DNA of 64,000 nucleotides from Marmoricola sp. Its GTDB lineage: Bacteria; Actinomycetota; Actinomycetes; Propionibacteriales; Nocardioidaceae. Below are positions 9,827 through 22,355 of this stretch, piece after piece; positions within the stretch are counted from its first letter, which is position 1, and every line of letters starts with the position of its first letter. The notes under the pieces are model-generated. The model saw nothing but the letters and a program-made list of their open reading frames with translations. It was not told the origin of the DNA and ran no database searches. The stretch covers positions 82,800-146,799 of the forward strand of contig JBGAFN010000013.1 of NCBI GenBank assembly GCA_044227235.1, in the 5' to 3' direction. Position numbers and translations under genes: made by a program.

Positions 9827-10399
9827 GTGGTCAACCTCACCCGGATCTACACCCGCACCGGCGACGCCGGCTCGACGCGCCTCGGCGACAACTCCGAGAC
9901 CAGCAAGAACGACCTGCGGCTGCACGCGTACGCCGACGTCGACGAGCTGAACTCCCACCTCGGCCACGCGGTCGCGGCAGGCGGGCTCGACGACGCGCTG
10001 GTCGCCGTGCTGACCCGGGTGCAGAACGAGCTCTTCGACGTGGGCGCGGACTTCTGCACGCCCGTGGTGGAGGACCCGGAGTGGCCGCCGCTGCGCGTCG
10101 AGCAGGCCTACGTCGACCGGCTCGAGGCGCTCTGCGACCAGTACAACGAGGACCTCGAGGCGCTCCGCTCCTTCATCCTCCCGGGCGGGACGACGGGGGC
10201 GGCGCTGCTGCACGTGGCGCGCACGGTCGCCCGCCGGGCCGAGCGTGCGGCGTGGGCGGCGTACGAGGTGCACGGCGCGACGATGAACGTCGTCGCGATC
10301 ACCTACCTCAACCGGCTCAGCGACCTGCTCTTCATCCTCGCCCGGTACGCGAACCGCGAGCGTGGGGACGTGCTCTGGCGCCCGGGCGGCGACCGCTAG
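9827..10399 (+). CDS. PduO-type ATP:cob(I)alamin adenosyltransferase
   Basis: GTG at 9827 lies in frame in track ORF 8690..10399. VVNLTRIYTRTGDAGSTRLGD...FILPGG...LHVARTVARRAER...YLNRLSDLLF is the PduO/MMAB signature. Confidence 0.85.
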   Translation: MVNLTRIYTRTGDAGSTRLGDNSETSKNDLRLHAYADVDELNSHLGHAVAAGGLDDALVAVLTRVQNELFDVGADFCTPVVEDPEWPPLRVEQAYVDRLEALCDQYNEDLEALRSFILPGGTTGAALLHVARTVARRAERAAWAAYEVHGATMNVVAITYLNRLSDLLFILARYANRERGDVLWRPGGDR

Positions 10400-12198
10400 G
10401 ACCGCTCCGCGTCCTGGTCGGCGCTCCGGTCGCTGCCGAGCACGCCGGAGACCACCTCGAGCAGGTCGCGCAGGCCGAGGCCCTTCTCCACGTACCGGTC
10501 CGCCCCCGCGGCCAGGGCCTGGGCCTCCATCAGCCCGTGGTCGAAGCCGGAGAGCACGATGATCCGGGTGCCGTCGACCGCCTTGCGGATCAGCGGCAGC
10601 GCCTGCAGTCCGTCCATCTGCGGCATCGCGAGGTCCAGCAGCACCAGGTCGGGGCGCAGCGACGCCGCCAGCGCGACGGCCTCCTCGCCGTTCTCGGCCT
10701 CGCCGACCACCTCGTACCCACCGTGCTGCTCGAGCTTGATGCGCAGCAGCATCCGGACGTCGTCGTAGTCGTCGACCACCAGGACCCGGACCGGGTCGCC
10801 CTGGCCCCGGTCGGCGACCGCCCGGGGCGCGGGCTCCGGGACGTCCGCGGGCAGGTCGAGGCTCGCCGGTGCCGAGCGGACCAGGTCGCCCGGCTGCAGG
10901 TCGCCGCCGTCCAGCGGCTCGAGCAGGTCGTTCATCATCCGGCGGGCGGCCTCCAGCGTCCGGGCGAGGTAGTCCTCCCCGGCAGCGCCGTCCCCCCGGT
11001 CGAGGCTGTACAGGGCCGCGGTGAGCCCCTGGACGATGTTGTCGTTGATCTCCAGGGCCTGGCGCCGCCGCAGCTGGGCCTCGCGCACCCGTGCCACCAG
11101 CGCCTCGCGCTCGAGCCGCGGGCCGGCGTCGTGGACGAAGACCGCCCGCTCGCCGCCACCCCCGACGGTCGGCGGCAGCTCGGCGACGACCAGGTCGAGG
11201 CGCAGCGCCCGGTCGTCCAGGCCGTGCCCGGCGACGTCCTGCGCGGAGGAGGTCGCCTCGACCAGCGCGTCGAAGCGGGTGCCCACCGGGTCGCCGCCGA
11301 GCAGGGCGGTGGCGTGGGTGTTGGCCTGCACCACGGTGCCGTCGTCGTCGAGCACCAGCACGGCGTCCGGCGAGGACTCCACCAGGCTGCGGAACCGCTC
11401 CGCGCTGCGCTCGCGCTCCTGCTCGGCCAGCACCCGGTCGGTGATGTCGATGCAGGTGCCGCGCATCCGGACCGGGACGCCGTTCTCGTGGATCACCTGG
11501 CCGTTGGAGGACAGGTAGCGCAGCTCGCCGTCGGGACGCACGATCCGCTCGATCATCTGGTAGGGCTCGCCCGACGCGTACGCCGCCTGGTGGATGCCGG
11601 TGATCCGCTCACGGTCCTCGGGGAAGATCAGCGACAGGAACCGCTCGTAGGAGGCGTTGAACGACTGGGGCTCGTGGCCGTAGATGCGGTACAGCTGGTC
11701 GGACCAGCGGTTGGTGTCGCTGGCGATGTGCCAGTCGTAGTCGCCCATGTTGGCCAGGGCCTGGGCGTTGTCGACCCGCGCCACGAGGTCGGCCAGCCGG
11801 CCCTCGGCGTCGCGCCGGCCCCAGGTGGACTCCAGGGCCGCGAGGCCGGTCTCCAGCTCGGCGGTGGCCGGCGCGGGGCCGCTCGCGACGTCCCAGGCGA
11901 GCACGAGCTGCCGGTGCTCGTCACCCCAGGGCCGGTACGTCGTGGTTCCGATCCCGGCGGCGGCCCAGTCGGGCGCGGGCTCGCCCGGACCGGGCGGGTC
12001 GCCCTCGAGCTGGTCGCCGGCATGCCCGCGGACCTCCCAGGCGCCGTGGCGCAGCTCCACGACCCAGACGGCCCGGGCGCCGGCGAGGCCGAGCACCAGC
12101 GGGAGCGACCGGGTCAGGAGCGCCTCGGCCGACTCCTCGCCCTCGGGTCGCAGCAGGACGAGGTCGCGCAGGTACTGCGCCGTCGCGGTGGTCTCCAT
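10396..12198 (-). CDS. Multidomain signalling protein: N-terminal sensor region, 2 PAS domains, HisKA_3-like helical domain lacking the His, C-terminal receiver (REC); no HATPase domain
   Basis: 600-aa ORF. PAS_3-like segment MGDYDWHIASDTNRWSDQLYRIYGH...RPDGELRYL. Second PAS FRSLVESSPDAVLVLDDDG. LRRRQALEINDNIVQGLTAAL resembles the DHp H-box with Asn at the His position. REC segment: VLVVDDYDD, LVLLDLAMPQMDG, IIVLSG, YVEKG. Confidence 0.85.
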   Translation of the reverse strand: METTATAQYLRDLVLLRPEGEESAEALLTRSLPLVLGLAGARAVWVVELRHGAWEVRGHAGDQLEGDPPGPGEPAPDWAAAGIGTTTYRPWGDEHRQLVLAWDVASGPAPATAELETGLAALESTWGRRDAEGRLADLVARVDNAQALANMGDYDWHIASDTNRWSDQLYRIYGHEPQSFNASYERFLSLIFPEDRERITGIHQAAYASGEPYQMIERIVRPDGELRYLSSNGQVIHENGVPVRMRGTCIDITDRVLAEQERERSAERFRSLVESSPDAVLVLDDDGTVVQANTHATALLGGDPVGTRFDALVEATSSAQDVAGHGLDDRALRLDLVVAELPPTVGGGGERAVFVHDAGPRLEREALVARVREAQLRRRQALEINDNIVQGLTAALYSLDRGDGAAGEDYLARTLEAARRMMNDLLEPLDGGDLQPGDLVRSAPASLDLPADVPEPAPRAVADRGQGDPVRVLVVDDYDDVRMLLRIKLEQHGGYEVVGEAENGEEAVALAASLRPDLVLLDLAMPQMDGLQALPLIRKAVDGTRIIVLSGFDHGLMEAQALAAGADRYVEKGLGLRDLLEVVSGVLGSDRSADQDAERS

Positions 12199-12282
12199 GT
12201 GCCCCTTGCCCCTCAGAGGTGCGACCGGTGGGGTCGGTCGCTCCCCGAAGAGTCTCCCCAGATCAGGGGTCCGTCAAGCGGT

Positions 12283-12726
12283 TCAGAGGATCCGGCGACT
12301 CACGCCCGGAGGGCCCGCCTCGAGCCAGGCCAGCAGCCCGGTGAGGGCGTCGGAGGCAAGCGCGAGCTCCCGGGGACCGTGCGGCGTGCTCAGCGCGATG
12401 ATCACGTGGCCGGCGTACAGGGAGTGCAGCTCCATGCCCACCGCCTCGCGCTGCCCGGCGAAGGTGAGGTCGGCGCGGTGCAGCACCTCCCGGGGGCGCG
12501 GGCTGAGCGAGAAGACCCGGAAGAACTCCAGCAGGTCGCCGGAGTAGCGGCCGATGCCGAGAACCCAGCCGCGCCCGGCCCTGTCGGACCGGACGCGGAG
12601 GGAGAGCTCGAACGTGCCACCGTCGCGGGAGATCCAGCGACGGCGGGAGAACAGACACAGGCCGAAGAGCAGGACGAGGAGCAGCGCGGCACCCACTGTG
12701 TCGGCGACGTACGCCCACAGCGGCAT
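12283..12726 (-). CDS. DUF2550 family membrane-anchored protein (conserved downstream of atpC in actinobacteria)
   Basis: Track ORF 12283..12816, trimmed to ATG at 12726 (MPLWAYVADTVGAALLLVLLFGL...). Its position after atpC matches Rv1312-type genes. Confidence 0.75.
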   Translation of the reverse strand: MPLWAYVADTVGAALLLVLLFGLCLFSRRRWISRDGGTFELSLRVRSDRAGRGWVLGIGRYSGDLLEFFRVFSLSPRPREVLHRADLTFAGQREAVGMELHSLYAGHVIIALSTPHGPRELALASDALTGLLAWLEAGPPGVSRRIL

Positions 12727-12766
12727 CCCGCGCCCCTTCGTCCGGTCCTCGGCCTGCGTCTCGTGC

Positions 12767-13171
12767 TCAGGACTTGGCGGTCTCGGCCGCGCGGATCCGG
12801 GCCTCGGCCCAGGCACGCGCAGCCGCCTCGGCCGCCTCGTCGGTGTACTCTCCCGCCGACTCCGCGCGGGCGAGGTCGGCCCGGGCGTGCTCGAGGTCGA
12901 TCTCGTGCGACATCTGCGCGTTCTCGGACAGGATCGAGATCCGGTTGTTCGCCACCGACAGGAAGCCGGCGTCGACCGCCGCGATCCAGGTCTCGCCCTC
13001 GGCGGTGGTGACGTCGACGACGCCGTCCACCATCAGGGAGAGCATCGGCGCGTGGTTCGGCAGGATGCCGACGTCCCCCTCGGTGGTGCGGGCGATGACC
13101 ATGGTGGCCTCGCCCGACCACACGAGACGGTCGGCGGCGACCAGCTCGACCTGCATGAGGGTGTCGCTCAT
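12767..13171 (-). CDS. atpC: F0F1 ATP synthase subunit epsilon
   Basis: Track ORF trimmed to ATG at 13171 (MSDTLMQVELVAADRLVWSGEATMVIARTTEGDVGILPNHAPM). It starts 2 nt after the atpD stop. Confidence 0.9.
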   Translation of the reverse strand: MSDTLMQVELVAADRLVWSGEATMVIARTTEGDVGILPNHAPMLSLMVDGVVDVTTAEGETWIAAVDAGFLSVANNRISILSENAQMSHEIDLEHARADLARAESAGEYTDEAAEAAARAWAEARIRAAETAKS

Positions 13172-13172
13172 G

Positions 13173-15432
<2,260 letters not shown>

Positions 15433-15434
15433 CG

Positions 15435-17078
15435 TCAGCCCCGCTTCTGCTTGACGATCGTCTCCTGCTCGACGTCCTCGTCCGCCAGCGCCTCGTGCTC
15501 CTCGCGGCCGGCCTTGATCGAGCCACCGTCGGTGGTCTCGAACTGGTTGGCGAAGGAGTCGAAGGCGCCCTCGAGCGCGGTCGCGGTGTCGTCGCTGAAG
15601 TCGAGCGACTCCCGGATGCCCTGCAGGATCCCCGCGTGCGAGAGGCGCAGGTAGTCCAGGAACTCCTTCTCGAAGCGGAGCACGTCCTCGGTCGGGACGC
15701 GGTCCAGCTTGCCGCTGGTGCCGGCCCACAGCGAGACGGTCATCTCCTCGAGCGGGTACGGCGAGTACGCCGGCTGCTTGAGCAGGGCCATCAGGCGCTG
15801 ACCGCGGTCGAGCTGCTGGCGCGAGGCGGCATCGAGGTCGGAGGCGAACATCGCGAAGGCCTCCATCGCGCGGAACTGCGCCAGGTCGACCTTCAGCGAG
15901 CCGGTGACCTTCTTCATGGCCTTGGTCATCGCCGAGCCACCCACCCGCGACACCGAGATGCCGACGTCGATGGCGGGACGCTGGTTGGCGTTGAACAGGT
16001 CCGACTGCAGGAAGATCTGGCCGTCGGTGATCGAGATGACGTTGGTCGGGATGTAGGCCGAGACGTCGTTGGCCTTGGTCTCGATGATCGGCAGGCCGGT
16101 CATCGAGCCCTTGCCCATGTCGTCGGAGAGCTTCGCGCAGCGCTCCAGCAGGCGGGAGTGGGTGTAGAAGACGTCACCCGGGTAGGCCTCGCGGCCCGGC
16201 GGACGGCGCAGCAGCAGCGACACGGAGCGGTAGGCCTCGGCCTGCTTGGTCAGGTCGTCGAAGACGATCAGGACGTGCTTGCCGGCGTACATCCAGTGCT
16301 GGCCGATGGCCGAGCCGGTGTAGGGGGCGAGGTACTTGAAGCCCGCGGAGTCCGACGCCGGCGAGGCGACGATGGTGGTGTACTCCAGCGCGCCGGCGGC
16401 CTCGAGCGCACCGCGGACCGCGGCGATGGTCGAGCCCTTCTGGCCGATCGCGACGTAGATGCAGCGGACCTGCTTGTCCGGGTCGCCGGAGGCCCAGTTC
16501 TGCTTCTGGTTGATGATCGTGTCGATGGCGATCGTGGTCTTGCCGGTCTGGCGGTCGCCGATGATGAGCTGACGCTGGCCACGGCCGATCGGGGTCATCG
16601 CGTCGATGGCCTTGATGCCGGTGGCGAGCGGCTCGTGGACCGACTTGCGGACCATGACGCCCGGAGCCTGGAGCTCCAGAGCGCGACGACCCTCGGAGTT
16701 GGCGATCTCGCCGAGGCCGTCGATCGGGGTGCCGAGCGGGTCGACGACGCGACCGAGGTAGCCGTCGCCGATCGGGACCGAGAGGATCTCCCCGGTCCGG
16801 CGGACCGTCTGGCCCTCCTCGATCTTGTCGAAGTCACCGAGGATGACGACGCCGATCTCGCGGGTGTCGAGGTTCAGGGCGATGCCCAGCGTGCCGTCCT
16901 CGAACTCCAGCAGCTCGTTGGCCATCACCGAGGGCAGCCCGGTGACGCGCGCGATGCCGTCGCCGGCCTCGGCCACCTGGCCGACCTCCTCACGGCTCGC
17001 GGCGTCGGGCGTGTAGTCCGCCACGAAGCGCTGCAGCGCGTCCCGGATCTCGTCCGGACGGATCGAAAGCTCCGTCAT
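15435..17078 (-). CDS. atpA: F0F1 ATP synthase subunit alpha
   Basis: 547-aa ORF with GDRQTGKT Walker A and full-length homology. Confidence 0.95.
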   Translation of the reverse strand: MTELSIRPDEIRDALQRFVADYTPDAASREEVGQVAEAGDGIARVTGLPSVMANELLEFEDGTLGIALNLDTREIGVVILGDFDKIEEGQTVRRTGEILSVPIGDGYLGRVVDPLGTPIDGLGEIANSEGRRALELQAPGVMVRKSVHEPLATGIKAIDAMTPIGRGQRQLIIGDRQTGKTTIAIDTIINQKQNWASGDPDKQVRCIYVAIGQKGSTIAAVRGALEAAGALEYTTIVASPASDSAGFKYLAPYTGSAIGQHWMYAGKHVLIVFDDLTKQAEAYRSVSLLLRRPPGREAYPGDVFYTHSRLLERCAKLSDDMGKGSMTGLPIIETKANDVSAYIPTNVISITDGQIFLQSDLFNANQRPAIDVGISVSRVGGSAMTKAMKKVTGSLKVDLAQFRAMEAFAMFASDLDAASRQQLDRGQRLMALLKQPAYSPYPLEEMTVSLWAGTSGKLDRVPTEDVLRFEKEFLDYLRLSHAGILQGIRESLDFSDDTATALEGAFDSFANQFETTDGGSIKAGREEHEALADEDVEQETIVKQKRG

Positions 17079-17150
17079 CTTCTTTCCCTGCTCTCTTCGT
17101 CTTCTGTCGATGTCTGGGGGCTCAGCGCCCCGCGTCCGGTGGTGGGCCGC

Positions 17151-17972
17151 TCAGCCGGCGAGGCGCCGGCGCGCGTCGTCGAGACGACTCGCCACGGTGC
17201 CGTCGATGACGTCGTCACCGATCTCGATGCGGACGCCGCCGATCACGTCGGAGTCGACCAGCGTGTTCAGGTGCACCGGTCGGCCGTACTGCGCCGAGAG
17301 GGCGGAGGCGAGCCGCCCCTGCTCCGCGTCCCCGAGCGGACGGGCCACCCGGACCAGCGCGACCAGCCGGTCGCGCTGCGAGGCGGCGACCTTCTGGTAG
17401 GCCTCGATCGCCACGATCACGTTGCGGTGGGTGCCCGAGACCGCCTGCTCGGCGAGCCTCACGAGCCCGGGGGTCGCCCTGCCCTCCAGCAGTCCGCGCA
17501 GGAGCTCCCGCTTGTCGGCCGACGACCGGGCCGGGTCCGAGAGCGCGTCGCGGAGCCCGTGGTTGTCGGTGACCAGCTGGCCGAAGCCGAAGAGCTGGTC
17601 CTCGAGCGCGTCGGCCTCGCCCGACCCCTCGGCCGCCCGCACCACGGCGATCACGCCGAGCTGCTCGAGGGCGTCACCCAGGTCGCGCGTGGCCGCCCAG
17701 CGTCGTCCGGCCGCGGCGGCGACCAGGTCGAGCGCAGGGTCGGCGACCTTGCCCGCCAGCATCTGGCGGACCAGGCCGGACTTGGCGTCGGCGTCCACCG
17801 ACAGGTCGGTGAGCACCCGGCGCAGGCTCGGCTCGTCCGCGAGGAGACCGGAGACCGCGAAGAGGTCGTCGGCCAGCCGGTTGCCGTCGGAACCGCCGCG
17901 CACGGCGTTCCCGAGCTCGGCGACCAGCTCCTCGAAGGACTCGGCCGAGGCTCCGCGCATGAGGCCCTGCAT
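17151..17972 (-). CDS. atpH: F0F1 ATP synthase subunit delta (OSCP)
   Basis: 273-aa ORF in the canonical operon position. The C-terminal GGVRIEIGDDVIDGTV motif is present. Confidence 0.85.
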   Translation of the reverse strand: MQGLMRGASAESFEELVAELGNAVRGGSDGNRLADDLFAVSGLLADEPSLRRVLTDLSVDADAKSGLVRQMLAGKVADPALDLVAAAAGRRWAATRDLGDALEQLGVIAVVRAAEGSGEADALEDQLFGFGQLVTDNHGLRDALSDPARSSADKRELLRGLLEGRATPGLVRLAEQAVSGTHRNVIVAIEAYQKVAASQRDRLVALVRVARPLGDAEQGRLASALSAQYGRPVHLNTLVDSDVIGGVRIEIGDDVIDGTVASRLDDARRRLAG

Positions 17973-18538
17973 CAGCTGGCCCCGCTGCCGTTGTCGGAGG
18001 TCTCGAGCTCGGCGAGGAAGCGCTCGACGACCCGGCTCTGGCGAGCCTCGTCGTCCAGGGCCTCACCGACGATGCGACCGGCCAGGCCGGTCGCCAGGGC
18101 GCCGACCTCGGCCCGGAGCGAGGTGACCGCCTGCTGGCGCTCGGCCTCGATCTGGGTCTTGCCGTGCTCGACGATGCGAGCCGCCTCGGTCTGCGCCTGC
18201 TCGCGCAGCTCGGCGACGATCGCGGCCCCCTGCTCGCGGGCCTCCTCGCGGATGCGGGCCGCCTCGTGGCGCGCCTCGCTGAGCTGCTGGTCGAGCGCGG
18301 CGAGCTTGGCGTCCGCCTCGGCCTGCTTGGTCTCGGCGGCCTTCAGGCCGCCCTCGATCGCGGTCGTCCGCTCGGCGAACGTCTTCTCGAAGTTCGGGAC
18401 GACGAACTTCTTGATCGCGAAGAAGAGCAGGCCGAACACCACGAGGGCGAGGACGATCTCCACGGTCTCAGGAGCCAGCGGGCTGTGCTCCTCAGACGTG
18501 GTGTGAGCCGCGTCCCCGGCAAGGAGGATCAGGTTCAT
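17972..18538 (-). CDS. atpF: F0F1 ATP synthase subunit b
   Basis: 188-aa ORF with a single N-terminal TM followed by a long Ala/Glu/Arg-rich helix. Operon position fits. Confidence 0.85.
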   Translation of the reverse strand: MNLILLAGDAAHTTSEEHSPLAPETVEIVLALVVFGLLFFAIKKFVVPNFEKTFAERTTAIEGGLKAAETKQAEADAKLAALDQQLSEARHEAARIREEAREQGAAIVAELREQAQTEAARIVEHGKTQIEAERQQAVTSLRAEVGALATGLAGRIVGEALDDEARQSRVVERFLAELETSDNGSGAS

Positions 18539-18567
18539 CTTCGTGGTCCTTCGTCAGTGGTTCTGGG

Positions 18568-18786
18568 TCACTTCAGGACGAACGCGAGGGCGATGCCGAT
18601 GATGGCGAGCGCCTCGGCGAGGGCGAAGCCCAGGATGGCGATCGACTGCAGGCGGCTCTGGGCCTCCGGCTGGCGGGCCACACCGTTGATGTACGCGGCG
18701 AAGATCAGACCGATGCCCACACCGGGGCCCACGGCCGCGAGGCCGTAACCGATCATGTTGAGCGAGCCGTTGAGAGTGCCGTCCAC
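18568..18786 (-). CDS. atpE: F0F1 ATP synthase subunit c
   Basis: 72-aa hairpin proteolipid with GVARQPE loop and LAEALAI carboxylate helix. Confidence 0.9.
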   Translation of the reverse strand: MDGTLNGSLNMIGYGLAAVGPGVGIGLIFAAYINGVARQPEAQSRLQSIAILGFALAEALAIIGIALAFVLK

Positions 18787-18818
18787 GACGGGTTCCTTTC
18801 GTTGTTTCTTACTTGATC

Positions 18819-19613
18819 TCAGTGCTCGTCAGCGAGAGCACCGGAGATGTACATGGCGTTGAGCAGTACGAACACGTAGGCCTGCAGGAACTGGACCAGG
18901 AGCTCCAGGAAGCTGATCAGGATCGCGAGCAGCCAGGCGATGATCCCGACCGGCTTCACCAGGGTGTCCCCGTGCTGGAGCAGGTAGAGGCCACCGGTGG
19001 CGAAGAGCACCAGCAGGATGTGGCCGGCGAACATGTTGGCGAAGAGACGCAGCGCCAGCGTGACCGGGCGGACCAGGATGTTGGAGAAGAACTCCAGCGG
19101 CACGAGCAGGGCCAGGATCGGGCCGTTCACGCCGCTCGGGACGCTCTGCAGCTTCAGGTAGCCCAGGAAGCCGTGCTTGCGGATCCCGACGTAGTTGTAG
19201 ATCACCCAGCTGAGCCCGGCCAGTGCGTAGGCCATGCCCGCCCGCGAGAACGTCGGGAACTGGATGAACGGGATGCTCGAGAAGAAGTTGTTGATCAGGA
19301 TGAAGAAGAACAGCGTGAACAGGTAGGGCACGAACCGCATGAAGTCGTGGCTGCCGATGAGGTCGCGCGCGATGCTGTTGCGGACCATCGAGTAGGCGCT
19401 CTCGCCGGCGAACTGGAGCTTGCCCGGCACCATCTGGCGCTTGGCCGACGCGACGTAGAAGAAGCCGAAGACCACGACCGCGGCCAGGATCAGCTGGAGC
19501 ATCGGCTTGGTGACGTCGAGACCGCCGATGGAGAACGCCGGCGGCAGGTCGAAGATGCCCGGGCCGGGAGCCTCGAAGCTCTCGGCACGAACCAGGCTGG
19601 CAGCGACTATCAC
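18819..19613 (-). CDS. atpB: F0F1 ATP synthase subunit a
   Basis: 264-aa polytopic membrane ORF with the [13 protein letters not shown] motif. Confidence 0.9.
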   Translation of the reverse strand: MIVAASLVRAESFEAPGPGIFDLPPAFSIGGLDVTKPMLQLILAAVVVFGFFYVASAKRQMVPGKLQFAGESAYSMVRNSIARDLIGSHDFMRFVPYLFTLFFFILINNFFSSIPFIQFPTFSRAGMAYALAGLSWVIYNYVGIRKHGFLGYLKLQSVPSGVNGPILALLVPLEFFSNILVRPVTLALRLFANMFAGHILLVLFATGGLYLLQHGDTLVKPVGIIAWLLAILISFLELLVQFLQAYVFVLLNAMYISGALADEH

Positions 19614-19626
19614 CAGGTCTCCTCTT

Positions 19627-19857
19627 TCAGTCCTGCTTGGCGGAACGGTTGAAGCGGTTCCAGGTCAGGTAGATACCCATCCCGGCACCGAAAAGAATGC
19701 CGATCGCGACGAGGAACGTCGTGTGCAACCAACGGTCCGCGACCCAGCCGAGCGCCCCGTACAACGCCACCCCGGTCACCACGTACGAGAACGCGTGCCA
19801 GGGGTCTCCCTGGGGACGATCGGAGGGGGAAGCAGGAGGCTCGCTCTGCTGAGTCAT
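19627..19857 (-). CDS. AtpZ/AtpI-family small membrane protein
   Basis: 76-aa ORF with two TM helices, immediately upstream of atpB. Confidence 0.65.
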   Translation of the reverse strand: MTQQSEPPASPSDRPQGDPWHAFSYVVTGVALYGALGWVADRWLHTTFLVAIGILFGAGMGIYLTWNRFNRSAKQD

Positions 19858-19893
19858 CGCGCACCGGACAATAGCAGCAGCGCAGGGGTGCCT

Positions 19894-20379
19894 TCATCCG
19901 CGCGCCTCCCCCCGGTCACCGTTCGCGGGCAGGTTCGAGGGCAGGTTCGGGGGCAGGTCGTAGAGCGGCTCCCGGGACCGGACCGCACCCACGACGAGGG
20001 CCACCATCCACACCAGGGTCCCGACGATGACCGTGCCGGCGAGCCAGCCCCGGTCCAGCTCGTCCTCACCCAGGCCGGAGCGGTTGACCGCCAGCAGCAC
20101 CAGGCCGAGCAGGACCACCTGCAGCGTGTAGGTCAGGAGCGCCACCAGCAGCGACATCGCAGGCGCGTAGGCGGCGGCGAGGCTCGTGCTGAGCGCTCCG
20201 AAGACGAAGAAGAAGCCCACCAGGGCGGCCCCGGCCAGCGCCCCGACGACCTGCGCCCGGCCCCCGGTCAGGGCCGCCGCACCGGTGGCGACCAGCGCGA
20301 GAAGGCCGGTCAGGACGACGGCCGTACGGAGCCCCGCGACGTGGGCCGACGGGCGGCCTGCGGGGTGTTCGGTCGTCAT
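19894..20379 (-). CDS. Hypothetical polytopic membrane protein (Rv1303-like position in the atp cluster)
   Basis: 161-aa hydrophobic ORF at the operon position. C-terminal LPPNLPSNLPAN micro-repeat. Confidence 0.6.
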   Translation of the reverse strand: MTTEHPAGRPSAHVAGLRTAVVLTGLLALVATGAAALTGGRAQVVGALAGAALVGFFFVFGALSTSLAAAYAPAMSLLVALLTYTLQVVLLGLVLLAVNRSGLGEDELDRGWLAGTVIVGTLVWMVALVVGAVRSREPLYDLPPNLPSNLPANGDRGEARG

Positions 20380-20531
20380 GGCGGCGGCCGTTCTCTCCGG
20401 GGTCCAGGGCAGTTTCGGAACCGATCAGGTTCTCGCTTGTGAAAAATAGCACAAAGTCCGGAGGCGTTGAAATGGATCGATCCAGGGGGTCAGACCAGCG
20501 CCGGCGCGCACGGGCCGGACGGCGTGCAGGG

Positions 20532-21680
20532 TCACACCGGGGGTACGTAGTCCTCGTGGTGCGTCCAGGCCGGCCGGGCCGCGCGCGGCACCAGCACCGT
20601 CGCCGCGACCGTCATCACCAGCCAGCCCAGGATGCCGATCCACACGATCGGGCGCTGCGAGAGGCTGAGCCCGACCCCGCCGAGCGCGATCAGCGCCGCC
20701 CAGAACCACATCACCACGACCGCGCGCCGGTGCGAGTGCCCGAACTGCAGGAGGCGGTGGTGCAGGTGCTGCTTGTCCGGGGCGAAGGGCGACTGCCCGT
20801 TGAGGGTGCGCCGGACGACGGCCAGCACCAGGTCGACGAAGGGCACCACCAGGATGGAGATCGGCAGCAGGATCGGCAGCAGCACCGGTAGCAGGCTGGC
20901 ACTGGTGGAGCCGCCCTCGACGAAGTCGAGCGGGGGGAAGTTGCCGGTCACGGTGAGCGCCGAGGCGGAGAGCACCAGCCCGAGCAGCATCGAGCCGCTG
21001 TCCCCCATGAACATCTCGGCCGGGTTGAAGTTGTGCGAGAGGAACCCCAGGCACACCCCGGCCAGCGCCGCGCACAGCAGCGCGGCGGTCACCGCCAGGG
21101 ACACGTCGTTGATCGCGGCGAGGTTGTAGGCGTAGACGAAGAAGGCGAACGCCCCGAGCCCGATCACGCCGCCCGCCAGCCCGTCCAGGCCGTCGACGAA
21201 GTTGACCGCGTTGATCGTCGCGACCACCAGGAACACCGTGGCCAGCGCCGACTGGGCGCTGTCGATGCTGAGCACCTCGCCGCCGGGGAGCCAGATGTAG
21301 TAGAACTGCACGCCCTGGGTGACCAGGAAGCCCGCGGCGATCACCTGCCCGCCGAACTTGGTGAGCGCGTCGAGCTCGACCAGGTCGTCCACGACGCCCA
21401 GGGCGCAGACCATGCCCCCCGCGATCAGCACGGCACGGGCGTCGTCGAACGCCTGGGGGTCGGCGGTCGAGAGGAACGGGAGGTGCCGGGCCACCAGGTA
21501 GGCCGCGACCAGGCCGGCGTACATCGCCGGGCCACCGAAGTACGGGATCGGCACGTCGTGCACGTCCCGGTCGCGGACCCGGGCCACCGCCCCGAACCGC
21601 AGTGCGACCTCGCGGGCCAGGACGGCGACCAGGTAGGTCACCGAGACGCCCACCAGGAAGACCGCGAGGTACTCGCGCAC
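20532..21680 (-). CDS. wecA: Undecaprenyl/decaprenyl-phosphate GlcNAc-1-phosphate transferase (glycosyltransferase family 4, WecA/Rfe)
   Basis: 382-aa polytopic ORF. NAVNFVDGLDGLA and FMGDSGS motifs of the MraY/WecA family. Confidence 0.85.
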   Translation of the reverse strand: MREYLAVFLVGVSVTYLVAVLAREVALRFGAVARVRDRDVHDVPIPYFGGPAMYAGLVAAYLVARHLPFLSTADPQAFDDARAVLIAGGMVCALGVVDDLVELDALTKFGGQVIAAGFLVTQGVQFYYIWLPGGEVLSIDSAQSALATVFLVVATINAVNFVDGLDGLAGGVIGLGAFAFFVYAYNLAAINDVSLAVTAALLCAALAGVCLGFLSHNFNPAEMFMGDSGSMLLGLVLSASALTVTGNFPPLDFVEGGSTSASLLPVLLPILLPISILVVPFVDLVLAVVRRTLNGQSPFAPDKQHLHHRLLQFGHSHRRAVVVMWFWAALIALGGVGLSLSQRPIVWIGILGWLVMTVAATVLVPRAARPAWTHHEDYVPPV

Positions 21681-21691
21681 GGGCCCGGCCC

Positions 21692-22351
21692 CTAGCCCTC
21701 GTCCACGATCTCGGTGCCCTGCGGTGCCACCACCTCGTTGAGCCGCTGGAGCGAGATCACCCCGCTGCGCAGCACCCGGCCACGCTCGCTGGTGCAGTCC
21801 ACGATGGTCGAGGGGACCGGCCCGGGGGTCGGACCGTGGTCCAGGATGACCCGGACCTTCTCCCCCAGCATCTCCTCAGCGCTGTCCGCGTCGGTGGCGG
21901 CCGGGAGTCCGGTGCGGTTGGCGCTGCTGACCGCCAGCGGGCCGGTACGGGCCAGCAGCTCCAGTGCCACGTCGTGGTCGGGCATCCGCACCGCGACCGT
22001 CCCGCGCGTCTCCCCCAGGTCCCACTGCAGGCTCGGCTGCTGGCGCAGCACGAGCGTCAGCGGCCCGGGCCACAGCTCCTCGACCAGCAGCCGCGCCCAG
22101 TCCGGGATGTCGATGGCGAGCGCCTCGACGGTCGTCCGGCTCGAGACCAGCACGGGCGGGGGCATCTGCCGGCCGCGGCCCTTGGCGTCCAGCAGCCGCT
22201 GCACCGCCTCGGGGTTGAAGGCGTCGGCGCCCACCCCGTACACGGTGTCGGTGGGCAGCACCACCAGGCGTCCCCGTTGCACCGACCGGGCCGCCTCGGC
22301 GATGCCCTCCTCGCGCTCGGCGTCCACCGAGGTGTCGAACCGCATGCTCAT
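21692..22351 (-). CDS. tsaC: L-threonylcarbamoyladenylate synthase (YrdC/Sua5 family)
   Basis: Track ORF trimmed to ATG at 22351 (MSMRFDTS...VVLPTDTVYGVGADAFN...GPLAVSSAN). Confidence 0.85.
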   Translation of the reverse strand: MSMRFDTSVDAEREEGIAEAARSVQRGRLVVLPTDTVYGVGADAFNPEAVQRLLDAKGRGRQMPPPVLVSSRTTVEALAIDIPDWARLLVEELWPGPLTLVLRQQPSLQWDLGETRGTVAVRMPDHDVALELLARTGPLAVSSANRTGLPAATDADSAEEMLGEKVRVILDHGPTPGPVPSTIVDCTSERGRVLRSGVISLQRLNEVVAPQGTEIVDEG

Positions 22352-22355
22352 GGCG

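Noticed and set aside
15495-18506. 1003-aa ORF on the plus strand
   Set aside because: It lies antisense to atpA/atpH/atpF and shows the same high-GC artefact signature. The atp genes explain the region fully.
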